IMG/VR virus record: IMGVR_UViG_3300032134_000003
Span: 1 to 58,320 of that record
Length of the DNA: 58,320 nucleotides
Origin: a virus
Taxonomy: Duplodnaviria; Caudoviricetes
Reading direction: 5' to 3' (one strand)
Shown: positions 28,803 through 37,140 of the stretch, in pieces
Layout: every line of letters starts with the position of its first letter
Numbering within the stretch: position 1 is the first letter of the stretch
Notes under the pieces: model-generated
Databases searched by the model: none
What the model was told of the DNA's origin: nothing
Seen by the model: the letters and a program-made list of their open reading frames with translations, nothing else
Position numbers and translations under genes: made by a program

Positions 28803-29151
28803 TAGCAGGGGTAGTATAGTAGGGGTTGGGTATGTTAAAAATCAGATGGGGAAGTTTTCCCCCACATGATTTGGACTAACCCAAGCTAGGCACCCGTACC
28901 TCGTGCTGGGGTCGGCTGGACTGATGGGGAAATTTTCCCCAAGGGGTCGAGGCACCCGTACCGCGCGGCTGGCGCAGGGGTGGGGCGGGGTGGGCGGGGC
29001 GGGTGGCGGGGTGGCTGGGCGGGGTGGGCGGTTCGCAGTTAAAAACAAGTCGCGAGCACATTAACATCACCTTCCTTACTAGCTCGCGTCCTCGCTGTTA
29101 AAGCCGCGAGCGACACTAGCTCGCGTCCTTTCGCTCTGGCCCTCGTGGAAC

Positions 29152-29191
29152 AAAAAAAAGGGGACAGTCAAGCCGAAGCCTGACTGTCCCC
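29152..29191 (-). terminator. Rho-independent terminator
   Basis: Minus strand GGGGACAGTCAGGC-TTCG-GCTTGACTGTCCCC followed by T8. Confidence 0.85.
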
Positions 29192-29203
29192 TGGTACTGG
29201 TTG

Positions 29204-29425
29204 TTAGTCCTCTAGGTTGAGGACGATCTGGTCGATATCCACGAACGGTTCGCGGTCCTTGCTGTAGTGCAGATCCAACTCGTGGACACTCTCGTCGAGT
29301 GCCCGATGCTTCCATGCGTAGTACTCGTAGTAGGCTTCCTCGTAGCTTTCGCGGGTTCTAAGGTTACCCAAGAGGAGGTAGTCCCGGTAGTCGTTCATAA
29401 ACCGGAGGAATGCGTCGTCGTTCAT
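29204..29425 (-). CDS. Small acidic/aromatic hypothetical protein
   Basis: AAGGGG RBS before ATG 29425; 73 aa; bracketed by duplicated hairpins. Confidence 0.55.
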   Translation of the reverse strand: MNDDAFLRFMNDYRDYLLLGNLRTRESYEEAYYEYYAWKHRALDESVHELDLHYSKDREPFVDIDQIVLNLED

Positions 29426-29486
29426 GCTACGATACCCCTTGGGGACAGCCAAGCCGAAGCCTGACTGTCCCCGGTAGTGAGGGAGA

Positions 29487-30350
29487 TTAGCGGTCCGTGA
29501 GCTTGGGACGCGCTTCGCGGATGGAGAATTCCGAATCTCTAGCTTCGTCTAAGAACTTCCGGATGATCGTATTGTCACTGGCGAGGCGGGACTTACAGAT
29601 CTCTACGGCCCCCTGAGCGGCTAAGAAAACCTCGCCGCTAGGTAGGAGGTGTATAACGACCTCGACATCCTCGGTCTTTCCCTTGGGGCCGAAGGTGGTG
29701 GTGGTGTATTCTTCCTTCTTGCCATCCACCTCACGAGTCTCGACTAGATGGGTCGATGCATAGTCCTCGCCCATCAGCCGACGCCGCCCATCCTCCGCGA
29801 TGCCTACGGCGACTTTCATGGTGCTCTGCGCCGCTCGCGTACGCAACGGATTGGACAGTATGTGACAGAGTTCTGTCCAGTTGAGTCCGTCGGCTCCCTT
29901 GACCTTGGCTCTGGCGTAGGCATCACGGGCCAGTGCCGGATCCAGCTTGATGCACTCGACGGTATTTTCAAGGACGCTCCTTCTCATCCGGATACCTTTC
30001 GTCGAGTTCTTCTTGGCGTCACTCAGGCTCAGTGACGGAGCCCTACCGACGCCTTCGGCCGCCGCCGCCGTCTGCTCTGAGTGGAGGGCTACGACCTTGC
30101 GCTCGGCACCATCCTTGGCCGCCTCAAAGTCGAACTCAATGTCATCACGCATCCGTTTCGTGTCCTTGAGGACGCTGGGCGGGGCGTTGGTCCAGGCGAT
30201 GCCCAGATCCACGAAGTACTCCGCGCTCTTGCGGTCGGCTTCATTCTTCTCGCCGGTTCGCATGGTGGCTTCGGCTACGCCTGTGACGTAGGCCTGGACC
30301 GCCTTCGCTCGGGCCGCGACGTACTCAGCGACTGTTGCTCGTCCTGACAT
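29487..30350 (-). CDS. Hypothetical protein (287 aa)
   Basis: AGGAG RBS before ATG 30350 (MSGRATV...); the longer ORF-track start runs into the structured region. Confidence 0.7.
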   Translation of the reverse strand: MSGRATVAEYVAARAKAVQAYVTGVAEATMRTGEKNEADRKSAEYFVDLGIAWTNAPPSVLKDTKRMRDDIEFDFEAAKDGAERKVVALHSEQTAAAAEGVGRAPSLSLSDAKKNSTKGIRMRRSVLENTVECIKLDPALARDAYARAKVKGADGLNWTELCHILSNPLRTRAAQSTMKVAVGIAEDGRRRLMGEDYASTHLVETREVDGKKEEYTTTTFGPKGKTEDVEVVIHLLPSGEVFLAAQGAVEICKSRLASDNTIIRKFLDEARDSEFSIREARPKLTDR

Positions 30351-30392
30351 GATACGTTCTCCTGGTAATGAGCAGACATTGCTGCTCGGGTT

Positions 30393-30930
30393 CAGCACGT
30401 TTCGTAGGTGTGCTGTTGTATCCCCCTTCCTTTTGTCTGGGTGGCGCTCACAAGCAGAGTCCTGGCGGCCACTGAAATCTGTATGACCAACGGGAAAGAT
30501 TTCAGGGGGCGTCAGGCGACACTTGTGTTCATTTCTGGCTTGCCAGGAAATGACAGCGCCGGGTCCCCAGACAAATACATTCTGGGATACACACACTCAG
30601 AACCCACGCAGACACTAGCGTGCGTGGGTTCTGACGCTCAGTCCTGGGCAGCTTGTTTCCTCTGGAAGCCAACTGGGTGGGCTGTTTGGGTCAGTTGCGG
30701 GAAATGCGGGAATCCCGATCTTGATCGGTTGACCGCATTTGGCTGACAGTAGGCTCGGATTCGGGAATCCCAATCGGTTCCGTGACCGATTGGTTGACCG
30801 TATCCGGGCCTTAGGGAGCAAACAAGCTGTTGATTCGCAATTTAAAGGCGCGGAGCTACAACCGCGCCTGTGGATTCGCGGAGCTACAACCGCGAATCCG
30901 TCCTGCGAATCATGTCCCAGGAGGCGTCGA
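30393..30930 (+). ncRNA. Putative large structured non-coding RNA
   Basis: More than 15 nested complementary segments, G-U pairs and CUUG tetraloops favouring + strand, duplicated loop motifs, no credible ORF. Confidence 0.7.
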
Positions 30931-31109
30931 AAAGAGCCCTTGCACCATTCGTTCCGCGACGAGAGGGGGGTGAGGGGGACCCCCCCTGCTGGAGGTTTGA
31001 GGTTGTCTACACTATAAACAGTGTTTTGCTCAAACGGTGGCCCAATTTTAAACTCTACCACTTCTTCCCACGAGCCATTGCGCTTCAGAACTGATTCTTC
31101 GTGGCAGTC

Positions 31110-31241
31110 TAATATCTAGATTGAATACCTAGCTAGATTATTATTTTAGGTTACTAGGCTAGATTATCTAGACTAGATTATTTAGTCTAGATTACCTAGT
31201 CTATATTATCTATATAGATAATTAGGATAGAAAGCTTCTAG
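31110..31241. repeat. AT-rich CTAG/CTAGATTA repeat array
   Basis: 10 CTAG in ~126 bp; CTAGATT(A) five times. Confidence 0.8.
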
Positions 31242-31405
31242 ATGCTTGGGGGGACGGCGGTGCCAAAGGGGATGAGTTTGGCCAAGGCGAGTGCGTTAAC
31301 GTTGCTACTGGGTGCATCGACCCTGGTGGCTCTGCGCTATGCGGCCAAGTATGGTTGGCTGGCAGGCACAACGCACTGGATGACGTACAAACACAGAGGG
31401 CGTGG

Positions 31406-32899
31406 ATGGCCGTAGACATCGCAGAGATCACGAAACAACTAAACTCCATTTCGCCACACAGCCGAAAAGAGATCTTAGTTCTTCTGAACGAGTTGTCGGA
31501 AGCCAAGCAAAGGATTGACGCTCAGAACGACTTCCTGACGTTCGTTAGAAAAATGTGGCCCGCATTCATTGAGGGCAGTCATCACAAAGTCATGGCCGAT
31601 GCTTTCAATCGCATAGCGGATGGCAGCTTGAAGCGACTGATAGTGAATATGCCTCCCCGCCACACAAAATCAGAATTCGCATCTAACTTATTCCCAGCCT
31701 GGTATCTCGGTAGGTATCCGGACAAAAAGGTTATCCAGACTGCCCACACAGCAGAGTTGGCAGTTGGATTTGGGCGGAAGGTTCGTAATCTCGTGGGGTC
31801 CCATGGTTATAAGAAAATATTCACCGACGTATCTCTAAGTTCGGACTCTAAGGCGGCAGGTCGTTGGGACACCAATAAGCGTGGAGAATACTTCGCTATT
31901 GGCGTAGGCGGTGCCGTCACGGGTAAGGGTGCTGATATTCTTATCGTGGATGATCCGCATTCTGAGCAGGAAGCTGCGCTCAAGGACCCCTCAGTGTATG
32001 ATCGAACGTATGAATGGTATACGTCCGGTCCCCGGCAGAGGCTCCAGCCCGGAGGTGCGATCTGCTTGGTGATGACTCGGTGGTCAAAACGGGATCTGAC
32101 TGGCAGTATTATTAAAGCATCCATAGAGAGAGGTGGCGCAGACGAGTGGGAGGTTATTGAGTTTCCCGCAATCCTGCCCAGCGGGAAGTCGCTGTGGCCT
32201 GGGTTCTGGCCGATAGAGCAGCTTGAGTCGTTGAAAGCAGAACTGCCCATATCCAAGTGGAGTGCCCAGTACCAGCAGGATCCGACTTCTGAGGAAGGCG
32301 CGATCATTAAGCGTGAGTGGTGGAATGAGTGGACGGAAAAAGATCCACCTCAGTGTGATTTCGTGATTCAATCGTGGGACACCGCGTTTCTTGCAAAAGA
32401 AACCGCCGACTACAGCGCGTGTACGACCTGGGGTGTATTCACGAACAGCAAGGACGAGCCAAACATTATCCTACTAGATGCGATACAGGAGCGTCTGGAG
32501 TTTCCTGACCTGAAGGCCCGCGCCTATGAAGTCTGGAAAGAGTACAAGCCGGATGCGTTTATCGTGGAAGCAAAAGCTGCTGGCACCCCATTAATATTTG
32601 AACTCAGGAGAATGGGAATCCCGGTTGCGGAGTACACCCCCAGCCGTGGCAAGGATAAGATTGCTAGGACAAATGCGATTTCTGATATATTTTCTTCCGG
32701 GCTCGTGTGGGCACCCAAGAAAAGATGGGCCGAGGCGGTCATCGAAGAATTCGCCTCATTCCCAAATGGTGATCATGACGATCTCGTAGACTCATCTACA
32801 CAAGCACTGTTGCGGTTTCGGCAGGGTGGCTTTATTTCGATCAAGAGTGATGAGCCGATGGAAGAGTTTTTCCCAGCCCGCAAAGCAGACTATTATTGA
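31406..32899 (+). CDS. terL: Terminase large subunit
   Basis: MPPRHTKS Walker A-like, LIVDDP Walker B, QYQQDP, SWDTA and HDDLVDS nuclease motifs. Confidence 0.95.
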   Translation: MAVDIAEITKQLNSISPHSRKEILVLLNELSEAKQRIDAQNDFLTFVRKMWPAFIEGSHHKVMADAFNRIADGSLKRLIVNMPPRHTKSEFASNLFPAWYLGRYPDKKVIQTAHTAELAVGFGRKVRNLVGSHGYKKIFTDVSLSSDSKAAGRWDTNKRGEYFAIGVGGAVTGKGADILIVDDPHSEQEAALKDPSVYDRTYEWYTSGPRQRLQPGGAICLVMTRWSKRDLTGSIIKASIERGGADEWEVIEFPAILPSGKSLWPGFWPIEQLESLKAELPISKWSAQYQQDPTSEEGAIIKREWWNEWTEKDPPQCDFVIQSWDTAFLAKETADYSACTTWGVFTNSKDEPNIILLDAIQERLEFPDLKARAYEVWKEYKPDAFIVEAKAAGTPLIFELRRMGIPVAEYTPSRGKDKIARTNAISDIFSSGLVWAPKKRWAEAVIEEFASFPNGDHDDLVDSSTQALLRFRQGGFISIKSDEPMEEFFPARKADYY

Positions 32900-32921
32900 T
32901 GCCCATCATGGGAGCTGAAAA

Positions 32922-35444
32922 ATGCCGATAGAAAAACCAATGGATCCTTTCTTTAATCAAGATGATTTTGAGATGGGACCGACAGGATTCTTGGTAGATG
33001 AGGGGGATACGCCTTCGGGTGAGCCCACACTCACGGAAACGGAAGACGGTGGGATACTCGTTGACTTCGATCCCGAAGGTATTTCCGTAAGTGGAGACGA
33101 TGTGCCGTTTGAGTCGAATCTTGCAGAACATATTGAAGACGGAGAACTAGAGGCTCTTGCATCGGATCTTATTTCTAAGTTCAACGCCGACAAGAGTAGT
33201 AGGGGCGACTGGGAACAGAAATATGAAGAAGGATTAGATTACCTAGGACTGGGGATTGAAGATCGCACGACTCCGTGGGCTGGAGCCTGTGGAGTCTTCC
33301 ACCCCATGCTATCAGAGGCCGTGGTTCGATTTCAAAGCCAGACCATTCAAGAGGTCATGCCCGCACAGGGTCCAGTCAAAACTAAGATCTGGGGCAAGTT
33401 TAGTCCCGAAAGAGATAAGCAGGCTAAGAGGGTTCAGCAGTATCTCAATTACCAGCTTTTAGAGGTGATGACAGAATATCGCTCCGAAACGGAGAAGCTA
33501 CTGTTCAGCCTTCCGCTTGCAGGTTCAGCCTTCCGTAAGATTTACTTTGACCCGTCGCTTGGTAGGCCGACTTCCATGTTTGTGCCCGCCGAGGACTTTG
33601 TAGTCGCTTTCAATGAAGCGGACCTAGAACAGGCGGAACGTTATACCCATGTGATGAATCGCAGCACAAATCAGATAAAAAAGCTTCAGGTTAGTAAATT
33701 TTATCGCGAATGCGAACTCACCTCATCAAATATCGAAAGCAACCCCATCGCAGATAAGTACATAGAGATTGGGGGCGTGAAGCCGTCCTGGGATAAAGAC
33801 GAGAGGCATCAGCTTCTGGAGATGCACGTTGATCTGGACGTACCAGGCTTTGAGAGCCCCGATGGGATTGCGCTTCCATATGTAGTTACAATCGACAAAG
33901 GCAACAGCAAGGTTCTGTCGATCTACAGGAATTGGTCCGAAGACGATATCCACAGAACCAAAAAGCAGCATTTCGTGCATTATGGATATGTGCCTGGGAT
34001 TGGATTCTACAATCTCGGCTTGATCCATATGATCGGAGGACTTGCGAAGTCAGCGACTAGCTTACTGCGCCAACTTGTCGATGCAGGAACTTTGTCCAAT
34101 TTGCCCGGAGGACTGAAGACCCGTGGGCTAAGAATCAAGGGTGATGACACGCCGATCATGCCAGGGGAGTTTCGGGATGTTGATGTCCCCGGTGGTGTAA
34201 TCAGGGATAACATCGCCTTCCTTCCATACAAAGAACCATCTGGGGTTCTTTATCAGTTGTTTGGGAATATCGTGGAGGAAGGCCGAAGATTTGCTTCGAT
34301 GGCTGATATCAAAGTAGGAGACATGAATTCGGAGGCTCCCGTAGGGACTACTCTTGCGATCATGGAGCGGGCAATGAAGGTGCAGTCCGCGATCCAAGCG
34401 CGTATTCATGCAAGTCTTAAGCAAGAATATAAAATTCTAGCCACGATTGTTCGCGATTATACAGATCCTTCATACCCATACGAGACGGATGAGGGGGAGG
34501 GTATCAAGGCAGAAGACTTCGATGATCGTATTGATATCGTCCCCGTGTCGGATCCCAATGCGTCTAGCATGGCACAACGGATCATGCAGTACCAAGCTGC
34601 GCTGCAATTGGCAGCCCAGTCCCCTGATCTATATGATATGCCGCTTCTGCACAGGCAGATGATGGAGCTTATCGGTATTCCGAATGCCGACAAGGTTGTC
34701 CCAGAAAAGGAAGACATACTTCCTACGGATCCTGTCAGCGAAAACCAGGATATGTTGATACTCCGCCCCGTTAAAGCATTTGAATATCAGGACCATGACG
34801 CGCATATGCGTGTTCACATGGCAATAAAAAATGACCCAGACGTTGCACAGATAGTGCAAAATAGTCCAAATGGACAAGCGGTCAGTGGTGCTATGGACGC
34901 CCACGTTCGTGAACACCTGGCATTTATCTTCCGTAGGCAGATCGAAGAAGAACTTGGTGCTCCGCTACCGCCGACCAATGAAACATTGCCTCCAAATCTG
35001 GAGAAACGACTGAGTGTCATGGTTGCTGACGCTGCTGATCAGATGACGGGCAAGAAAGAGCAGAAGGCTCAAGCGGAACAGCAAGCGAAGCAGCAGGAGG
35101 ATCCAATCATTAAACAGCGCGAACGCGAACTCGCTATACAGGAACAAGACGCCCAAAGAAAACAGCAGACCGACCAAGCCAAGCAGGAACTTGAGCAGCA
35201 AAAGCTCGCGGCGAATCAGGGGCGGGATGCGGCGAAGCTTGAACTGGAGCGCGACAAGCTGGAAAGCAAAGAGCGCATAGAAGCCGCCGGATTGACGCTG
35301 GAAGAGCAGGCATTGATTGCGAAGACTAAATCCGATCAGCAAAGGATAGATATGGAGACGCAGCTAGAAGGATTCAAGCTTGGTCGTGAGTTAGGCAAAG
35401 ACGCGGACGAGGGCACGAGAAGGGATGGGGGAGAGAATGCCTGA
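32922..35444 (+). CDS. Portal protein
   Basis: 840 aa directly after terL; long C-terminal coiled coil typical of P22-like podovirus portals. Confidence 0.85.
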   Translation: MPIEKPMDPFFNQDDFEMGPTGFLVDEGDTPSGEPTLTETEDGGILVDFDPEGISVSGDDVPFESNLAEHIEDGELEALASDLISKFNADKSSRGDWEQKYEEGLDYLGLGIEDRTTPWAGACGVFHPMLSEAVVRFQSQTIQEVMPAQGPVKTKIWGKFSPERDKQAKRVQQYLNYQLLEVMTEYRSETEKLLFSLPLAGSAFRKIYFDPSLGRPTSMFVPAEDFVVAFNEADLEQAERYTHVMNRSTNQIKKLQVSKFYRECELTSSNIESNPIADKYIEIGGVKPSWDKDERHQLLEMHVDLDVPGFESPDGIALPYVVTIDKGNSKVLSIYRNWSEDDIHRTKKQHFVHYGYVPGIGFYNLGLIHMIGGLAKSATSLLRQLVDAGTLSNLPGGLKTRGLRIKGDDTPIMPGEFRDVDVPGGVIRDNIAFLPYKEPSGVLYQLFGNIVEEGRRFASMADIKVGDMNSEAPVGTTLAIMERAMKVQSAIQARIHASLKQEYKILATIVRDYTDPSYPYETDEGEGIKAEDFDDRIDIVPVSDPNASSMAQRIMQYQAALQLAAQSPDLYDMPLLHRQMMELIGIPNADKVVPEKEDILPTDPVSENQDMLILRPVKAFEYQDHDAHMRVHMAIKNDPDVAQIVQNSPNGQAVSGAMDAHVREHLAFIFRRQIEEELGAPLPPTNETLPPNLEKRLSVMVADAADQMTGKKEQKAQAEQQAKQQEDPIIKQRERELAIQEQDAQRKQQTDQAKQELEQQKLAANQGRDAAKLELERDKLESKERIEAAGLTLEEQALIAKTKSDQQRIDMETQLEGFKLGRELGKDADEGTRRDGGENA

Positions 35445-35625
35445 CGATGTTCTGACATTGCTTAAAAAGAAAATTAGAGTTCAGATGAACGAACTTGCTG
35501 ATCACTTGGCAATGGGCTCCGCGAAGGATATGGAGGAATATCGAAAAGTATGCGGCTGTATTGAAGGTCTGGCATGGGCGGAGCGCGAAATTATAGACCT
35601 AGATGAGCAAATGAGAAACCTGTAA
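35437..35625 (+). CDS. Small head-module protein
   Basis: Overlaps the portal stop; EEYR..CG.I.GL pattern. Confidence 0.65.
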   Translation: MPDDVLTLLKKKIRVQMNELADHLAMGSAKDMEEYRKVCGCIEGLAWAEREIIDLDEQMRNL

Positions 35626-35683
35626 GAGGGACTTGTAACCTGAGGTACGCCATCCTGGCGCAACAATTCAACGAGAGGTCTTA

Positions 35684-36133
35684 GTGGCTATGCTCGCAAA
35701 AGAAGTTACCACGAAGGAAGCTGATGATCAGCTTGGCAGGTTGACGAAAACCGAGGAAGACGATACGTCGGCACCTTCCAAGGACGGTAAGAACAGGTAT
35801 GCATCACAGTTACCGAAGCCCCAGGGCTATAAACTACTAATTGCACTCCCCGAAATTGATGAAATGACCGAGGGAGGCATCATAAAGTCAGAAGGTTCGC
35901 GGCATGAAGAGTCCATTGCGACCGTTGTGGGCTGGGTAATGAGCATGGGGCCGGATGCTTACGCAAATTATGGCCGATTTCCCGGTGGTCCGTACTGCCA
36001 GGTGGGTGATTGGGTCGTTTTTCGAGCATTTAGCGGCACTAGGCTTAAAATTCATGGCAAGGAATTTCGTTTAATCAATGACGATACCGTCGAAGCGGTT
36101 GTAGAAGATCCCAGGGGGGTTGAAAGAGCATAA
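35684..36133 (+). CDS. groES: Co-chaperonin GroES-like protein
   Basis: P.GYKLLI...TEGGII...G.V.SMGPD...VGDWV.F...SGT......EFRLINDD.V.AVV. Confidence 0.85.
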   Translation: MAMLAKEVTTKEADDQLGRLTKTEEDDTSAPSKDGKNRYASQLPKPQGYKLLIALPEIDEMTEGGIIKSEGSRHEESIATVVGWVMSMGPDAYANYGRFPGGPYCQVGDWVVFRAFSGTRLKIHGKEFRLINDDTVEAVVEDPRGVERA

Positions 36134-37140
36134 TGGACGACGAAATCAGTAGGACGAGCGAAGAAGACAAGTTTTTAGGCATTAAGCACACCGTTGACAC
36201 GACGAAGCCAGAAGAATTGAGCGTCGAAGTCGTGGATGACCGCCCAGAAGAGGACCAAAGGTCTCCCGCAGTCAGAACATCGGACGATGAAGGCTCTGCG
36301 AACGAAGAAGAACTGGAACAATTGGGAAGTCGCGCCCAAAAACGCATCAAAAAGCTAAAATGGGAGTTTCACGAAGAGCGCAGGGCCAAAGAGTCCTCCA
36401 CTAAGCTTGCAAATGAGGCTATTAGCTATACGCAGGGGCTACAAACCGAAAATCAGCGCCTTGTACAGCTTGTTCAGGACTCTCAAGAGGCATTGTCACA
36501 CCAGGCGAAGCAACGTGCCAGTACTGCGCTCGCCATGGCCGAACAAGCCTTCAAAAACGCACACGATACCGGCGATTCGGGGGAAATTGCGAGAACGCAG
36601 CAAGACTTGACCAATGCACAGCTTGCTCAGGCCTATGCGCCGTCTGTTTCGCAGAAAATCATTGACAATTGGAAGCGTAATGTTCTTGCCCAGGACCAGG
36701 CGCTGGCAAATGAGGCTTCGGAGCAATATGTACCTGAAGTTCTGCCAGAACCCACTCAAAGCGCTGTGGACTGGCAAGAAAAGAACGATTGGTTCGGCCA
36801 AGACAGAGAGATGACAAGCTTTGCATACGGAGTACATGAACGATTGGTAGGAGAGGAGGGTATTGACCCAGACTCTGATGAGTACTATAGATTGATAGAT
36901 AATCGTATGAAAGAAGTCTTTCCTACGCACTTCAGTACTGGTTCGACGCATTCAAGTAATGCTGTCGTAGTTGATACTGCACCTCGACGTAAAGCGAGTC
37001 CCGTGGTTGCACCGGCATCTAGAAATAGTGGTGCGCCATCGCAAAGAATCACGCTGACACAGACCCAGGTTAAGCTCGCGGAACGCCTGGGTATCACGCC
37101 ACAACAGTATGCGGCACAGCTAATTAAGGAGATGTCCTAA
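36133..37140 (+). CDS. Capsid scaffolding protein
   Basis: Acidic coiled coil; C-terminal LT..QVKLA.RLGI...QYA; position before capsid genes. Confidence 0.65.
   Translation: MDDEISRTSEEDKFLGIKHTVDTTKPEELSVEVVDDRPEEDQRSPAVRTSDDEGSANEEELEQLGSRAQKRIKKLKWEFHEERRAKESSTKLANEAISYTQGLQTENQRLVQLVQDSQEALSHQAKQRASTALAMAEQAFKNAHDTGDSGEIARTQQDLTNAQLAQAYAPSVSQKIIDNWKRNVLAQDQALANEASEQYVPEVLPEPTQSAVDWQEKNDWFGQDREMTSFAYGVHERLVGEEGIDPDSDEYYRLIDNRMKEVFPTHFSTGSTHSSNAVVVDTAPRRKASPVVAPASRNSGAPSQRITLTQTQVKLAERLGITPQQYAAQLIKEMS

Larger units (their letters stand above)
24840..28940. repeat. Dispersed palindrome family GGGGAA-N3-TTCCCC (10 copies)
   Basis: Starts at 24840, 26010, 26568, 27320, 27585, 27797, 28173, 28312, 28848, 28926. 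Confidence 0.9.

Noticed and set aside
24840-28940. Palindromic repeats as a CRISPR array
   Set aside because: Spacing is irregular (about 80-1200 bp) with whole genes in between, and there is no cas operon; the Cas4-like gene is a routine phage recombination nuclease
24840-28940. Resemblance of the palindrome to eukaryotic NF-kB sites
   Set aside because: The genome is a bacteriophage with Shine-Dalgarno signals; the similarity is coincidental
30854-30890. AGCTACAAC matches part of the synthetic 10-23 DNAzyme core
   Set aside because: The rest of the core (GGCT...GA) is missing; a short coincidental match
30393-30930. Group I/II intron, tmRNA or RNase P RNA
   Set aside because: No domain V, P7 consensus, tRNA-like ends or P4 signature seen by eye, and no interrupted gene flanks it; an Rfam search is still needed
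30351-31094. ORF-track frames 30408..30746, 30615..31061, 30739..31017 and the N-terminal extension to 30596
   Set aside because: No RBS, atypical composition, and better explained as by-products of a GC-rich paired region
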